Positions 13,792 to 27,131 of a stretch of DNA of 64,000 nucleotides are shown in pieces (position 1 is the first letter of the stretch; every line of letters begins with the position of its first letter). The DNA lies in the NCBI GenBank assembly GCA_951406725.2, contig OX597815.1, forward strand, positions 197,594,001 through 197,658,000, read 5' to 3'. The DNA comes from Octopus vulgaris (taxonomy: Eukaryota). The notes beneath the pieces were generated by a model, which made no database searches, was not told the DNA's origin, and worked only from the letters and a program-made list of their open reading frames with translations. The position numbers and the translations under genes were made by a program.

Positions 13792-13990
13792 AGCGGCGAG
13801 ATGGCAGAAACGTTAGCACGCCGGGCAAAATGCGTAGCCGTATTTCGTCTGCCGTTAGGTTCTGAGTTCAAATTCCGCCGCGGTCGACTTTGCCTTTCAT
13901 CCTTTCGGGGTCGATGTAATCGACTTAATCTGTTTGTCTGTCCTTGTTTATCCCCTCTATGGTTAGCCCCTTGTGGGCAATAAATAAATA
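13792..13990 (+). mobile_element. tRNA-derived SINE, family B
   Basis: Head GCGGCGAGATGGCAGAAACGTTAGC, B-box-like GAGTTCAAATTCC. Many copies in 13.8-18.1 kb. Confidence 0.88.
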
Positions 13991-14255
13991 ATATATATAC
14001 ACATGCATATATTTACGTATGTACGTGTGTATGTCTGTATATATGTATGAATTGGCAAGTCATGATATTTTCTATTATTCATCCGAAAAAACTCTGATAT
14101 ATATGTCTTCTCTACTACCTGAGATGAAATAAGAGACCATTGTTTATTATGATAAATATATCAATGACTGATTTCATTAGAATTTCTCATGTAACGGATA
14201 TATATAAATTCTATTTCTAGGTTTTGCCATTTAGAAAATCACATACAAATCGATA

Positions 14256-14460
14256 TATTTCTTTACTACCCACAAGGGGCTAAACACAGAGGGGACAAAC
14301 AAGGACAGACAAAGGGATTAAGTCGATTACATCGACCCCAGTGCGTAACTGGTACTTAATTTATCGACCACGGCGGAATTTGATCCCAGAACGTAACGGT
14401 AGACGAAATACGGCTACGCATTTCGCCCGGCGTGCTAACGTTTCTGCCAGCTCGCCGCCT
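14256..14460 (-). mobile_element. SINE family B with 17-bp TSD
   Basis: TCACATACAAATCGATA (14239-14255) and TCACATACAGATCGATA (14461-14477) flank the copy. Confidence 0.9.
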
Positions 14461-14574
14461 TCACATACAGATCGATAGCAATGTGCAACAACTCGAAACT
14501 CCCAACCAAAGTTGTAAGATATTACTATACGGCCTTATACTTCTCCGAGAGAGCTCGCTCACATCCTCGAGATG

Positions 14575-14940
14575 TATTAATACTTTCTACTATAGGCACC
14601 GATTAGATCGACCACAATGTTTCACTGATTTTTGATTTATCAACCCCGAAAGGATGAAAAACAAAGTTGATCTCGGTGGAAATTGAAACTCAGAATGTAA
14701 TGTCAGACGAAAAACCTATTTCTTTACTACCCACAAGGAGCTACACACAGAGGGGACAAACAAGGACAGACAAACGGATTAAGTTGATTATATCGACCCC
14801 TGTGCGAACTGGTACTTAATTCATCGAGCCCGAAAGGATGAATGGCAAATTCGACCTCGGCGGAATTTGAACTCAGAACGTAATGTCAGACGAAATACGG
14901 CTGCGCATTTCGCCCGGCGTGCTAACGATTCTGCCAGTAG
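14575..14940 (-). mobile_element. Two adjacent SINE B / B-variant copies
   Basis: Two GAACTCAGAA(C/T)GTAATGTCAGACGAAA segments in tandem. Confidence 0.8.
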
Positions 14941-15545
14941 CGGTTTGTTTGCTATAAATGAGCAATATATTTGATGACTTTTCTTTATATATATACCGAG
15001 GTCAATCCATATCATTGTACACCTGAATATGTTAACTTCTGTGTTTCGCCCAATGCTTAGATGAGGCGTACATGGTATAGCTACGTAAAAAAGATCACAA
15101 GCTGGATGCATTTAAGAATGAAAGGGTTAATTTTGTATTCAAAATGTACATAAAAGTAAGCAATAATCGAAGAGCTCTTAATTCCTAAGATTGTCTTATA
15201 AATGTATACAGAAGCAGATAAAGCATTCATTGTAAGCATAATGAGCAATATTATAATAAATTATTTCCGAACATTCAACGAATAAATATTAGTAATACAA
15301 CATTATTGCTTATCTTTTAAAGAAGCACTCATTATTTCAGTGATATTTGAAATGACAATGGCTACAAAGATATAGAGAATATGAGCATTGCTAACATTAC
15401 AAAAATGTGAATCGAAATATTAGACCTTATACCATATAGTTTATAGATTCGTGGTAATACCAAAAGTTAACGATATAATTACGCTACCTTTTATGCATCC
15501 CAAATCCATTTCAGAGATCATTTCAGAGATCACTTCAAGCTAAAT

Positions 15546-15937
15546 GGTTATGGTTATGGAAGCACTCCGTCGGTTACGACGACGAGGGTTCCGGTTGATC
15601 CGAATAAACGGAACAGCCTGCTCGTGAAATTAACGTGTAAGTGGCTGAGCACTCCACAAATACGTGGACCCTTAACGTAGTTCTCGGGGATATTCAACGT
15701 GACACAGAGAGTGACAAGGCCGGCCCTTTGAAATACAGGTACAACAGAAACAGGAAGTAAGAGTGAGAGAAAGTTGTGGTGAAAGAGTACAGCAGGGATC
15801 ACCACCATCCCCTGCCGGAGCCTCGTCGAGCTTAAATGTTTTTGCTCAATAAACACTCACAACGCCCGGTCTGGGAATCGAAACCGTGATCCTATGACCG
15901 CGAGTCCGCTGCCTTAACCACTGGGCCATTGCGTCTC
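15546..15937 (-). mobile_element. tRNA-derived SINE, family C, with 13-bp TSD
   Basis: tRNA-like head CAATGGCCCAGTGGTTAAGGCAGCGGACTCGCGGTC...GGTTTCGATTCCC. TSD CTTCAAGCTAAAT at 15533-15545 and 15938-15950. Confidence 0.92.
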
Positions 15938-16248
15938 CTTCAAGCTAAATAACGCAGCATTCAGTCATCTAACACAACCACCACGTTGCGTTTGCGATCA
16001 TGATTACATGTTGGTATTAACACTGCTTCTACAGCTAAATTTTGAAGAAGTCTACTGTGTAAACCTGAATAAACACTGAAATACTATATATCGTTGAAGG
16101 GAAATTCGGCTGTTATCGCACTGCTATCACTAAGGAACACATAGCAGGGTGAAATCACACGATCTCGGTGACTAAAGGGGACCATTCTCGTACATACTTG
16201 TTTACATTTTGATAATGAATTTTAACTTAGTCATTAGTGTTGTCGGGT

Positions 16249-16630
16249 GAGGCGCAATGGCCCAGTGGTTAGGGCAGCGGACTCGCGGTCGTAGGATCAC
16301 GGTTTCGATTCCCAGACCGGGCGTTGTGAGTGTTTATTGAGCGAAAACACCTAAAGTTCCACGAGGCTCCGACAGGGATGGTGGTGATCCCTGCTGTACT
16401 CTTTCACCACAACTTTCTCTCACTCTTACTTCTTGTTTCTGTTGTACCTGTATTTCAAAGGGCCGGCCTTGTCACTCTCTGTGTCGCGCTGAATATCCTC
16501 GAGAACTACGTTAAGGGTACACGTGTCTGTGGAGTGCTCAGCCACTTACACGTTAATTTCACGAGCAGGCTGTTCCGTTGATCGGATCAACCGGAACCCT
16601 CGTCGTCGTAACCGACGGAGTGCTTCCACC
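16249..16630 (+). mobile_element. SINE family C
   Basis: Near-identical reverse complement of 15546-15937. Confidence 0.92.
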
Positions 16631-16802
16631 ACAGGAAAGAATATCAGGTTCAACGCTAAAATAACACTGACATCATTCGGTTGGAACCCAATCAGAAGCC
16701 GTCCAATCAGACCACCAGTACCTATTTTCAGTGCTACGTTAAAAGTATGCATAACATTTTCTTCATAGCCTACGCTTTAATCAATAATATGTAAGTACAA
16801 TA

Positions 16803-17660
16803 AAGCGGCGAGCTGGCAGAAACGTCAGCACGCCGGGCGAAATATTTAGCGGTATTTCGTCTGTCTTTATGTTCTGAGTTCAAATTACGCCGAGGTCGAC
16901 TTTGCCTTTCATCCTTTCGCGGTTGATAAATTACATACCACTTTCGTACTAGAGTCGATTTAATCAACTGGTCCTCTTCCCCAAAATTTCGAGTCTTGTG
17001 CCTACAGTAGAAAAGAATATGTAGCTACAATAAGGCGGCGTGCTGCCTGAAACGTTAGCTCGCAGGGCAAAATGCTTATCTGTATTTCGTCTGTCTACAT
17101 TCTGAGTACAAATTCTGCCGAAGTCGACTTGGCTTTTTAAGGTGGCGAGCTGCCTGAAACGTTAGCTCGCAGGTCGAAATACTTGCCGGTATTTCGTCTG
17201 TCTTTACGTTCTGAGTTCAAATTCTGTCGAAGTCGACTTGGCTGTCTAAGGTGGCGAGCTGGCAGAAACGTTAGCACGCCGGGTGAAATGCTTAGCAGTA
17301 TTTCGTCTGCCGTTACGTTCTTAGTTCAAATTCCGCCGAGGTGGGCTTTGCCTTTCATCCTTTTGGTGTCGATTAAATAAGTACCAGTTACGCACTGGGG
17401 TCGATGTAATCGACTTAATCCGTTTGTCTGTCCTTGTTTGCCCTCTCTGTGTTTAGCTCTAGTGGGTAATAAAGAAATATGTATTTCGTCTGTCTTTATG
17501 TTCTAAGTTTAAATTCCGCCGAGATCGACTTTGCCTTTTATCATTTCGGGGTCGATAAATTAAGTACCAGTTTCGTACTTGGGTCGATCTAATCAACTGG
17601 TCCCCCTCCCCCGAAAGTTCGAGCCTTGTGCCTAAATTAGAAAAGAATATGTAGCTACAA
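16803..17660 (+). mobile_element. Head-to-tail array of about five SINE B units
   Basis: Repeated heads at ~16803, 17032, 17139 and 17248, plus a head-truncated unit from 17481. Confidence 0.85.
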
Positions 17661-17923
17661 CTTAGTGACATGTATATTAACCTTGTTATAACTTTTAATT
17701 TTCTAACCAATAGCAATAGTGCGAATTTTATATGTGTGTGAGTACACGATATCATTAATATATAACAAATATGTACTGGCCGGAAAAAGTGTTGCAATGC
17801 AACTGCAAATGAACACCGCCTTCATAAATAACTGAATAAATAATTATTATATAAGCGCAGCATATTTTTGCGACAGCTACCTACTGAAACTTAGGTGACA
17901 CAATGCAGTGTAAAACAGCTATA

Positions 17924-18141
17924 TATTTCTTTACTACCCACAAGAGGCTAAACGCAGAGGGGACAAACGGATTAAATCGATTATATCGACCCCAGTGCGT
18001 AACTGGTAATTAATTTATCGATCTCGAAAGGATGAACGGCAAAGTCGACCTCGGCGGAATTTGAACTCAGAACGTAACGGCAGACGAAATACGGCTACGC
18101 ATTTCGCCCGGCGTGCTAACGTTTCTGCCAGCTCGCCGACT
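17924..18141 (-). mobile_element. SINE family B with ~16-bp TSD
   Basis: GTGTAAAACAGCTATA and GCGTAAAACAGATATA flank the copy. Confidence 0.88.
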
Positions 18142-18959
18142 GCGTAAAACAGATATAACTTTTGCTGAAAAGCAAAGCATAATTAAGGGAAATATGTAAA
18201 GAAATGTTCGTGGGAGCTCCACTTTAATATGGTAGATAAATATACTTTCTGGTATGGTTTGTTACTGCTGTCTGTCTCAAACATCTTATAGAAACTAATG
18301 TTATTTTACGTATAAATTGCACATACACCGAATTCCATCGACAGTCTTCTAAATAAATTGCTATCTGTAATAATAAATATTTGTTTCAAAACGCTATATT
18401 TGAACTCAGTAGTGTAAATCGATCAATTCTCGTTTGAAATATGGAAAATTACGCTCGAACGGCTAAGGTGACAAAGATAACTGTATATTCAGCAACACAC
18501 TAATTGTAAGTATTCGTGTCATTTAGGATAGATCTAGGATATTTAGCTGATTTCCTCGTGAATTAACGAAGATAAACGGCATTAAGTCATTATCACTAAA
18601 CGAATTATATCAATGAACTTGTTACTAAGGTGTCGATACAATCAAGCATCTATAATTATTGAGCAAAAGTGAGATGCAAGTTTTGATGAATAATATTATA
18701 TATTTTAATATAAAACCTCAGAAATATTTAAATGGAGATTAATTTATCTTCATAAACTGAAGTGCGTCGCCCAAATCTCTGTTCAGTTATTTTATACACC
18801 ATTACTGTCTTTCTATTTGTATTTCGTTTTCTCCATTGTCTCCATATACATCAAACACCAGTTCTCTAAAAATCTACACGTTCTCAAGCACACATTCACA
18901 GAGGTACACACGTACACACATACATACATAAACATATATATATATATGTATATATGTGC

Positions 18960-19011
<52 letters not shown>

Positions 19012-19013
<2 letters not shown>

Positions 19014-19398
19014 TCTTTCATTTGTTTCAGACGTTTGACTGCGGCCATGCTAGATCAGTGCCTTTAGTTGAACAAATCCAACCCAGGACTTATTCTTTGT
19101 AAACAGGGTACTTATTCAATCGGTCCCTTTGCCGAACCGCTAGATTTCGGGGATGCAAACACACCAACATCGGTTGTGAAGCGATGGTAGAGGGACAAAC
19201 ACGAAGACATACTAACACACACGCACACACACATATATATATATACGACAGGCTTCTTTCAGTTTCCATCTACCAAATCCTCTCACAAAGCTTTCCTTGA
19301 CTCGAGGCTATGGTATAAGTCAATTGCCCAAGGTACCACGCAGTGGGACTGAACCCCGGAGCCATGTGGTTTGGAAACAAGCCTCTTAGCCCGCAGCC
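19012..19398 (-). mobile_element. SINE family A, diverged
   Basis: Collinear with the other A copies. Confidence 0.85.
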
Positions 19399-19409
19399 AT
19401 ATATATCTA

Positions 19410-19634
19410 TGTAATCGGTAACGCACTTAGTTGTGTTAACAAAGAGATGTGAATTCGGGTCCCACGCGTACCTTTTTTTCTGCTGAGCGCTTATATACCC
19501 CTTTATTAGACTGTTTTCTTTAGTCATTTGCGCGGTGTTGGCTATAAGCTTTAAGTTTATGAAAAAATCCCATTATAATTATTATTTTAGAGAATTGTAA
19601 AACTCGACACCGCTTAACAAAACTATTCGCACCG

Positions 19635-19680
<46 letters not shown>

Positions 19681-19768
19681 CGGTGCGAATAGTTTTGTTA
19701 AGCGGTGTCGAGTTTTACAATTCTGTAAAATAATAATAATAATAATAATGGGATTTTTTCATAAGCTT
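19410..19768. mobile_element. (TA)n-anchored repeat with inverted duplication (arms ~19555-19636 / 19679-19768)
   Basis: The arms mirror each other around a (TA)n core. The left part is homologous in reverse to 22830-23085. Confidence 0.7.
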
Positions 19769-20782
19769 ATATATATATATGTATGTATTTATCTGTGTGT
19801 GTGTGTGCTGCTAATCTGGCTCCGTCTCTCCCTGTAGTTTTCTGAATGTATGCGTATGTACGTATATGTGTGCGTGTACATGCATACATACATACACATG
19901 CACACATGCATACACATATATGAATATTGCTTATCACAAATGCCTTTTCGCATATATTTTCGGAATAACAGCAAACTCGATTGCTTGCATGTTGATACGG
20001 ACTTAACCAAAAATAGTGCGACGGTTTTAAGTGATTCATGGAGAAAAAGGCATTTCCTCACCTGTAGCCTATTACATTTTAAAAACAACGTTACTGTAAA
20101 ACTATAATTTAGTCATTTAATTTTAATTAGTGCTAGTCCCATGGTTGAACCTTGAACATCAAACACCGTTACTTCCAGATAATGATGGAAATAAATTAGT
20201 AGCAGACGTGATGAATGAAGATGTATAAACAAACTCACTAAAGAGTTTTAATGGATATAAAAGGAATCAATTTTCAATTTAGATAAATGTAGTCTTGTAA
20301 GTTTTCTAACTTTTAATTAAATGTGATTGATATATATCTTAAACACACTCGCCATCTCTAATAGTAATTGAAACCTCAACTCCTAGTAGTAAATCTTTAT
20401 ATCATTTTACATATCTGTGACTTTGATCTATATAATGAAGGTGATTATAGATTTTCATAAATAAACAAAATAATTGTTGTTGCGTCTTTTATTGAGATAT
20501 GAGCCCACCAGACGCTGGTTCGCGTCATTATAATCATGTATATTAATCTCACGCTGGCACTTAAGACATCATTCAAGATTTCATGTCTTGTATTGAGTTG
20601 TAAAAATTTCTCACAAAATGTGAAGGAGGGTTACATAAAACTGATTAATATTACGTTTATCAGTTGAGAGATAAATTGAAAATATCGTGTACATATAAAT
20701 CAGACAGTCGCTATGTGCTGTGCAATATTAAATTTTGAAGTGTAATTCAGAAATCGAATATTTTTGTAAGATAAACCTTTTC

Positions 20783-21000
20783 GGGGGCGCATGGCTTAGT
20801 GTGTAGAGTGTTGGATTATTGATCGAAAGATTGTTGTTTCGAATCCTGGACCGAACGATTCGTTGTATTCTTGAGTAAAATATTTTTATTTCATGTCGTT
20901 CTTCCAGTTCACTCAGCTGGTAAAAATGAGTAATCTCTGCGACGAACCAGCGTCTCGTTTAGGGAAAACGGAAAGCTGGCCCTATGCAGCTCATGGAGTG
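20783..21000 (+). mobile_element. Old tRNA-derived SINE with CORE-like segment
   Basis: Head GGGGCGCATGGCTTAGTG...GTTTCGAATCC, followed by TGTATTCTTGAGTAAAATA...CACTCAGCTGGTAAAAATGAGT. Confidence 0.6.
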
Positions 21001-21483
21001 AACTAACCATGGTGAACCTCAATGCTGGGTGTTGCTCGTCATGTTGAAATAAAACATATTCTACCAAGGAATTATCATTGGAATGTGATTGTAATGTAAC
21101 TATGTCGTAGGTAGCAATAAATCTGTTTACAAATCTGCAAATTCTAAATAAATACGCCAAAAATATACGGAAGGAAAATAAACATAAATAGAGTAACAAA
21201 AGATACATTTACTAATACTTTTTCGTATATCAGAAAATCATTTCAAATTTTACCATATTAAATATATGAGGTAAGAAACTGACAATGTAACGATAAATAC
21301 GCAACGGGGTATTGATACACGTAACGTAAACAAGTTGAATTTGCCGAATATATTAAGTATTGATGGGTTAGTTCTTCATTACTATGCTTCGTAACGCATA
21401 GCATCGATCCACTATTTTGTCATATGAGTGTGATTGTACGCACACATACACACACGAAGATATGCCCTTGCATGTATATATAT

Positions 21484-22612
21484 TGTTACAGTTTGGCTAA
21501 GTGCAGTTTCTTGGTGACCCATTTTGGGTGTGGCGCCGGCACGTCTGGAAGAAAAGGGACAGCCCTTTGTTTACTGGGAGACTAATGGCCATTGGAAGGA
21601 CCTGTGACCCTGTGCCGGTCGAGAAGGGGTCAGAGAGAATGTGGAAGAGGAAGACAGATTAAGGGAATCTGAGAGCAGATAGAGAGGATGAGGGGCAGAG
21701 AGAAGAAAAGTAGTGAGAGAGATAGAGTATAAGGCTAAGGGACAGATTGAGAGGCGATAGAGATAGGCAGTTAGGGACCAGGGCAGATGGAGAGGCTATA
21801 AGCAGAAGAGCAGATGGAGATTAGGGTAGTGGGAAGGAGAGGGACGGAGTGAGGTCTTGGCAGTCGGTGGTCGGTCCTCGAAGAACACAGTGGGATTCTG
21901 GAAGTCAGAGCGAGTAGGTGGAATCTTAGGAGCAAGCGGTGGAATCTTAGGAGCAAGCAAGTTGGGATGCAGGAGTTTGGCAGGCTGGATTTAGCAGTAT
22001 TGAGGGATGAGTGCAGAATGGGACACTGGCGATTCAGTTAGGAATTAAGGTATGTGATTGTGTATTGATACGTGTCACAATGTAAAAGAAAAGAAGAGAA
22101 AGAAGAGAGAAAAAGAAGGACTCTGTCGATGTAGACGATAAAGAACATTGTGAATTGAGTAAAGGACTTGTTGAATTGTAACGTGAATTGTTGTGATACG
22201 AACATTGTATAATGTATCGAAGTGTTCTGATTGGACTGTGACGTATCGTGAACATTATTTGATCTGGACTTGTGTCGTTACTGAACACTGTTATATTGTT
22301 ACATGCATGTTGTTAAATGCTTTGATCTGTGGTATACCGTATGATGTATTGATTTGTTGTTTGCCTTAAATGCTTTGAAGTTGTAACCATTGATTGTCAT
22401 ATAAACTAGTTGTTGAATGTAAGCCAGTGTTGCCGTTTTGCCTTGCCTCTTTTGGTGTCTTTCTCGGTTGCCTCTCTGTGTCTCTGTTGCCTTGCTGCGG
22501 TTGTGTGTCTCTCTCTCCTCTCTCCGACGAGTTTCCGTGGCGAGAACATTCGCTGATCGAGTCGGGCCTGTCTGAGGGATTCCGTACAGTTTTCGGAGGT
22601 CCCCTCGTAACA
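21484..22612. mobile_element. Solo LTR, probably Gypsy-type
   Basis: GC-richer 1.13-kb block bounded by TGTTAC...GTAACA, with a 4-bp ATAT flank on both sides. No coding potential. Confidence 0.75.
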
Positions 22613-22829
22613 ATATATATATATTTTTTTCTATTTATCTAGTTTCAGCTCACTAGCTGTGGCCATTTGGTGTTGCTACATGATTTTACTTCACGAATGC
22701 TTTTTAGCAATTGCCATTTGGTGCATGAAAGAGTTCGATGCAGCTGCCCTAAACTGCACCTCCTGCCGTGAAGTTGGTTCATCTGGGATACCTCACAAGA
22801 AGAGATCCAGTTTCATTTATATATATATG

Positions 22830-23085
22830 CTTGCGGTGTGAATGGCTTATACGTCGCCCAGTTTTACAATGCTGTAAATTATAACAACGATATTTATATA
22901 AGCTTAACGCAGAAAGAGATCAACGTGCAATGACTAAGGAAAATAATCTAATAATGGGGCATAGAAACCCTCCACGGAAAAAAAATAGCCTTTTCCAACG
23001 GCGTCTGATGCTCATACCAACATCCCATTGTTAACGGGGCTAAGTGTATTAGCCTTACGTCAGCGAAGCTTATATGAATACCATT
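22830..23085 (+). mobile_element. (TA)n-flanked repeat, same family as 19410-19636
   Basis: Shared blocks GCGGTG.GAAT, GTTTTACAAT.CTGTAAA, ATGACTAA.GAAAA.A.TCTAATAA and TTGTTAAC....CTAAGTG. Confidence 0.6.
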
Positions 23086-23332
23086 ATATATATATTTATA
23101 CACATGCACACACACACATATATATATATGTATATACATATATATATATATGAAATTATATATATTTACATATATATATAAATATAATAAGGGTAAATAA
23201 TAACTTTAATGGTTTTTAAAGAAAACAACAATTATTTACGGGTAGATTTCGGCATGTAAATATAACCATTAACGGTAGGAACTTTTATAAAAGTTATATA
23301 ACTAATAACGGTAGAAATGTATGGTTATATAA

Positions 23333-23368
<36 letters not shown>

Positions 23369-24132
23369 ACATATTTGAATGTATGTATACATGTATGTAC
23401 GCAAGTGTCTGTATATATTTATATGTATGTGTGTATATATAATTGTATCTCTATGTATTTATCTCATTACAATCTCTGCACGAAACGTTTTGAAGTCAAA
23501 TATTTCAATCGAGTCTCCGATTATTCTCCTGCTACCGGATTGCAGGAGAATGTGTCTAATAGAGATCTCATGTTGTTAAACTAAAACTTTTAAAAAATTC
23601 CTACTGTATACCATGTGTTCATACACACACAGACACACGCACACACACACATATATCCATACCTACATATACACTTATACACAGACGCTCTCACACGAAA
23701 TCATGTTTGCATTCAAGTTTTATGTTTCATCAAGGCTTCTATTTCACATCTCCATGTATTGTGAGCTGTTTTTCGCACGTTAATACCAGCATGGCAAATT
23801 ATGCAAATCATCAGCGATTCCTCATGTATATTAGACGAATTTAGTTTTGTAGCCTGTAATGATTACTCCGTTATTTATCGTTTCCATTTGAAATAAATTC
23901 AGTATAGACTTTTTTTTATAGTTGTGATATAGAGCAATGAAATGATCGTTTGGAAAGTTCCCTGTACAATAAGGCAGGTCATCTATAACGAAACCTTTAT
24001 AAACTGCACCAATCTTCTCTTCTTTCATACAAACACAAAAAGCGTTATTTTCTACTATACACTGTACAACATCATACATATATATCTGCATACATTATAC
24101 ATATTTCTATAAATGCATACATAAATATATAC

Positions 24133-24203
<71 letters not shown>

Positions 24204-24208
<5 letters not shown>

Positions 24209-24393
24209 CCATGATAGATCGGATTGCCACTACACACATTTTTTCTCTCCTTGTTTCTTTCTGTGTTCCTTTGTGTGGAAGAGCGTTGGCTCGAAACGTA
24301 AAATACTTTTTCAATACCCGAGCGTTATACTAATACATCTGTTTGTTTTTTACACCAGCTGTCTTCGTCTCTTGTGTTTTTTCGTGAATTCTC

Positions 24394-24398
<5 letters not shown>
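24204..24398 (+). mobile_element. Family H PLE-terminus repeat (variant HHR-like motif 24269-24304)
   Basis: Collinear with the other H copies. Ends in (TA)n. Confidence 0.75.
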
Positions 24399-24473
<75 letters not shown>

Positions 24474-26978
24474 CGATGTGTGTGTAATGTACGTGTGTAA
24501 TGTACGTGTGTGTGTGTATGTCTAACATAGCAATTACTTATGCCGTTGTTTAGATGTTTTGAGAGGTATACAAAATTTCAAAATAAGCGACGTTACAAAA
24601 TTACAAATGAAATAGTTGAAATCAATCTCAGTAAAAACATGTAACAGTGTCAACGATTCTCATTTGAAACTTTATTAAAACTTGATTACGGCTTCGATTG
24701 GCATAGTCAGAAATTAAATCCATCTTTATTAGCGTTGTGTTTCCATAAATCTCATAAAACCAATTAATAAGGATTTTCATTTCTTGCGAAAGTGACGCCA
24801 ATATATCCAAGTTTCAGATTAAAATAAATACTATTTCAAATTGATATGAACACATATAATAAAATACGATCTTGTTTTGTTTTTTTACTAATGCAAAAAG
24901 AACTTACGTAGTTTATTAATTTTGCTTCTCAATATATTGATATATTTCCATTTTAAATTTATTTGGTTTAAGGAAATAAAAACAAAATTCAATCAATAAG
25001 ATCAGGAGCAACAAAGTCGAAAACACTTCACAATTTCCGATTTTAATATCGAAAACTGTATGTCTACAAGATTACTTATATAGAGCTACTTATGGAGTGG
25101 TCGAGTTTGAATATATTCACACTAAAATGGGTATGTATTCACATAAATTATATCAATGTACATGTAAGCTCATATACACTGGTTCGTCTATATGTATGTG
25201 CACGGTACACATACTCCTATGCATAAAAATCTACAGATATATATTATGGTAATGCAATATAGCCGTCTATGTGTATTTATGTACGTATGTATGTATACAA
25301 TGTCTCTCTATAAGCATACACAGTGAGTAATGGTAAATATATTGAAAGAACATTTAAAACAAGTAATTGATGTAAACCATTGAAAAGTAGGTTAATGCGT
25401 TACAAGTTTATTCCAATAAATGCTTCCTTTATAAAAAAATATATATTTTCCAATTTTTCCAATTGGCATAATATACAACGCAGGGAATGTAATACAAATA
25501 TAATCAATAACGGCAAATATTTCTGCTGCAAATTGCCTTGTAATGATATCGGTAAGAAAATAAACAGTAATAAATATTAAAGGAAATATAACTCATTTGT
25601 AGATACATATATACATTGATACAGAAACAGATACATACGCACACACACATACACACAGACACTGCGTGCATATATACAACACACTCGCATACATATAGAT
25701 ATAAACATACACGTATATGTGCATATATATACACGACTGTGTGACTATACATAATTCTATATATGTGTATATATATATCTACAATATGCACATATATATA
25801 TGCATCCACGTACGTATATACATATACATGCATACATATATATATATGTATGTATATGTATATATACATATACATACATATATATATGTATGTATATCTA
25901 TATATACATATACATACATATATATATGAATGTATATGTATATATACATATGCATACATGCATACATACATAAGTCATACACACACACACACACATATAT
26001 ATATGAAACTAAAATTACTGATACACAAATGCACACACATATATTGATTTTGTTTTGCGTCATAATTCTTTCGTAAAATGTGATTTTAATTAGGATAATC
26101 ACTGCAGTAAATTACATTTTGCAAACATGCAAATAATTTCGCATAGGCACAAATTACATCAAATTCGACTTACATATACTTATCCAAACACACAATAACG
26201 CAAAGTATATGCATATGCTTTGTGTTATTATTATTATTATTATTATTATTTTTTCGTTCAGATGCTACGTCTACAAGTCGGAATGTACTATCCAATGACG
26301 CCTTATTGGAAACGGAAACAGAATTATTTCGCCTGCTACAAAATCAATCTTATATTAGCTTCCCTTGAGTAACCAGCTTGTTGCCGTTATAGGAACTGCA
26401 ATACTCTTGTCTATTATTACAAGACATGCATTTTGTTTATTATTTATTAGTATTCTGATCCATGTGTTGAACCATGTTATATTCTCCTTTCTCCTTGAGA
26501 AGCATTTAAGCTTCATGAGACAAATTTCATTTGCTTTACAACAGTGATACAACACGAATAATATAATGATTTTATCTGCTTTTTTCTCCGACTGTTTTTT
26601 CCTTTCTACCGGTTGCCATTTTCGTTTTGAATTAGTTTTCCGCTTTACTGTCGGTGTATTTGTTTTCTGAACTGATGGATATCCCTTTAAATAACTTTCT
26701 TTTTCACTTTATCACTCAATTTCTTCCTAGATGCCTGCGTATCAATTTCAGTCGCTTTCTCTGACCTCTATTTCATTCGCAATTTATACATCTGTACATA
26801 CGCTCAGGCATATACAAACACGCATAATATATATTTACGGATGCGCATGTGTGTGTATGTAGGTGTTTGTATGTGTGTATACGTGTGTATGTACGTGCCC
26901 GCGTCTGTGTATGGTTGTGTATGTATTTATATAAATATACAAATATACATATACATGTATATGTATATACGTGTGTGA

Positions 26979-27017
<39 letters not shown>

Positions 27018-27067
27018 CATCTATCTATCTACTTGTGTGTGTGTATATATATATATATACATATATA

Positions 27068-27128
<61 letters not shown>

Positions 27129-27131
<3 letters not shown>

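Noticed and set aside
16249-16322. tRNA gene
   Set aside because: The tRNA-like sequence continues into a multi-copy SINE body and has no proper acceptor stem or terminator.
16803-17660. CRISPR-like array
   Set aside because: Eukaryotic context. The units are SINE heads without unique spacers, and there are no cas genes.
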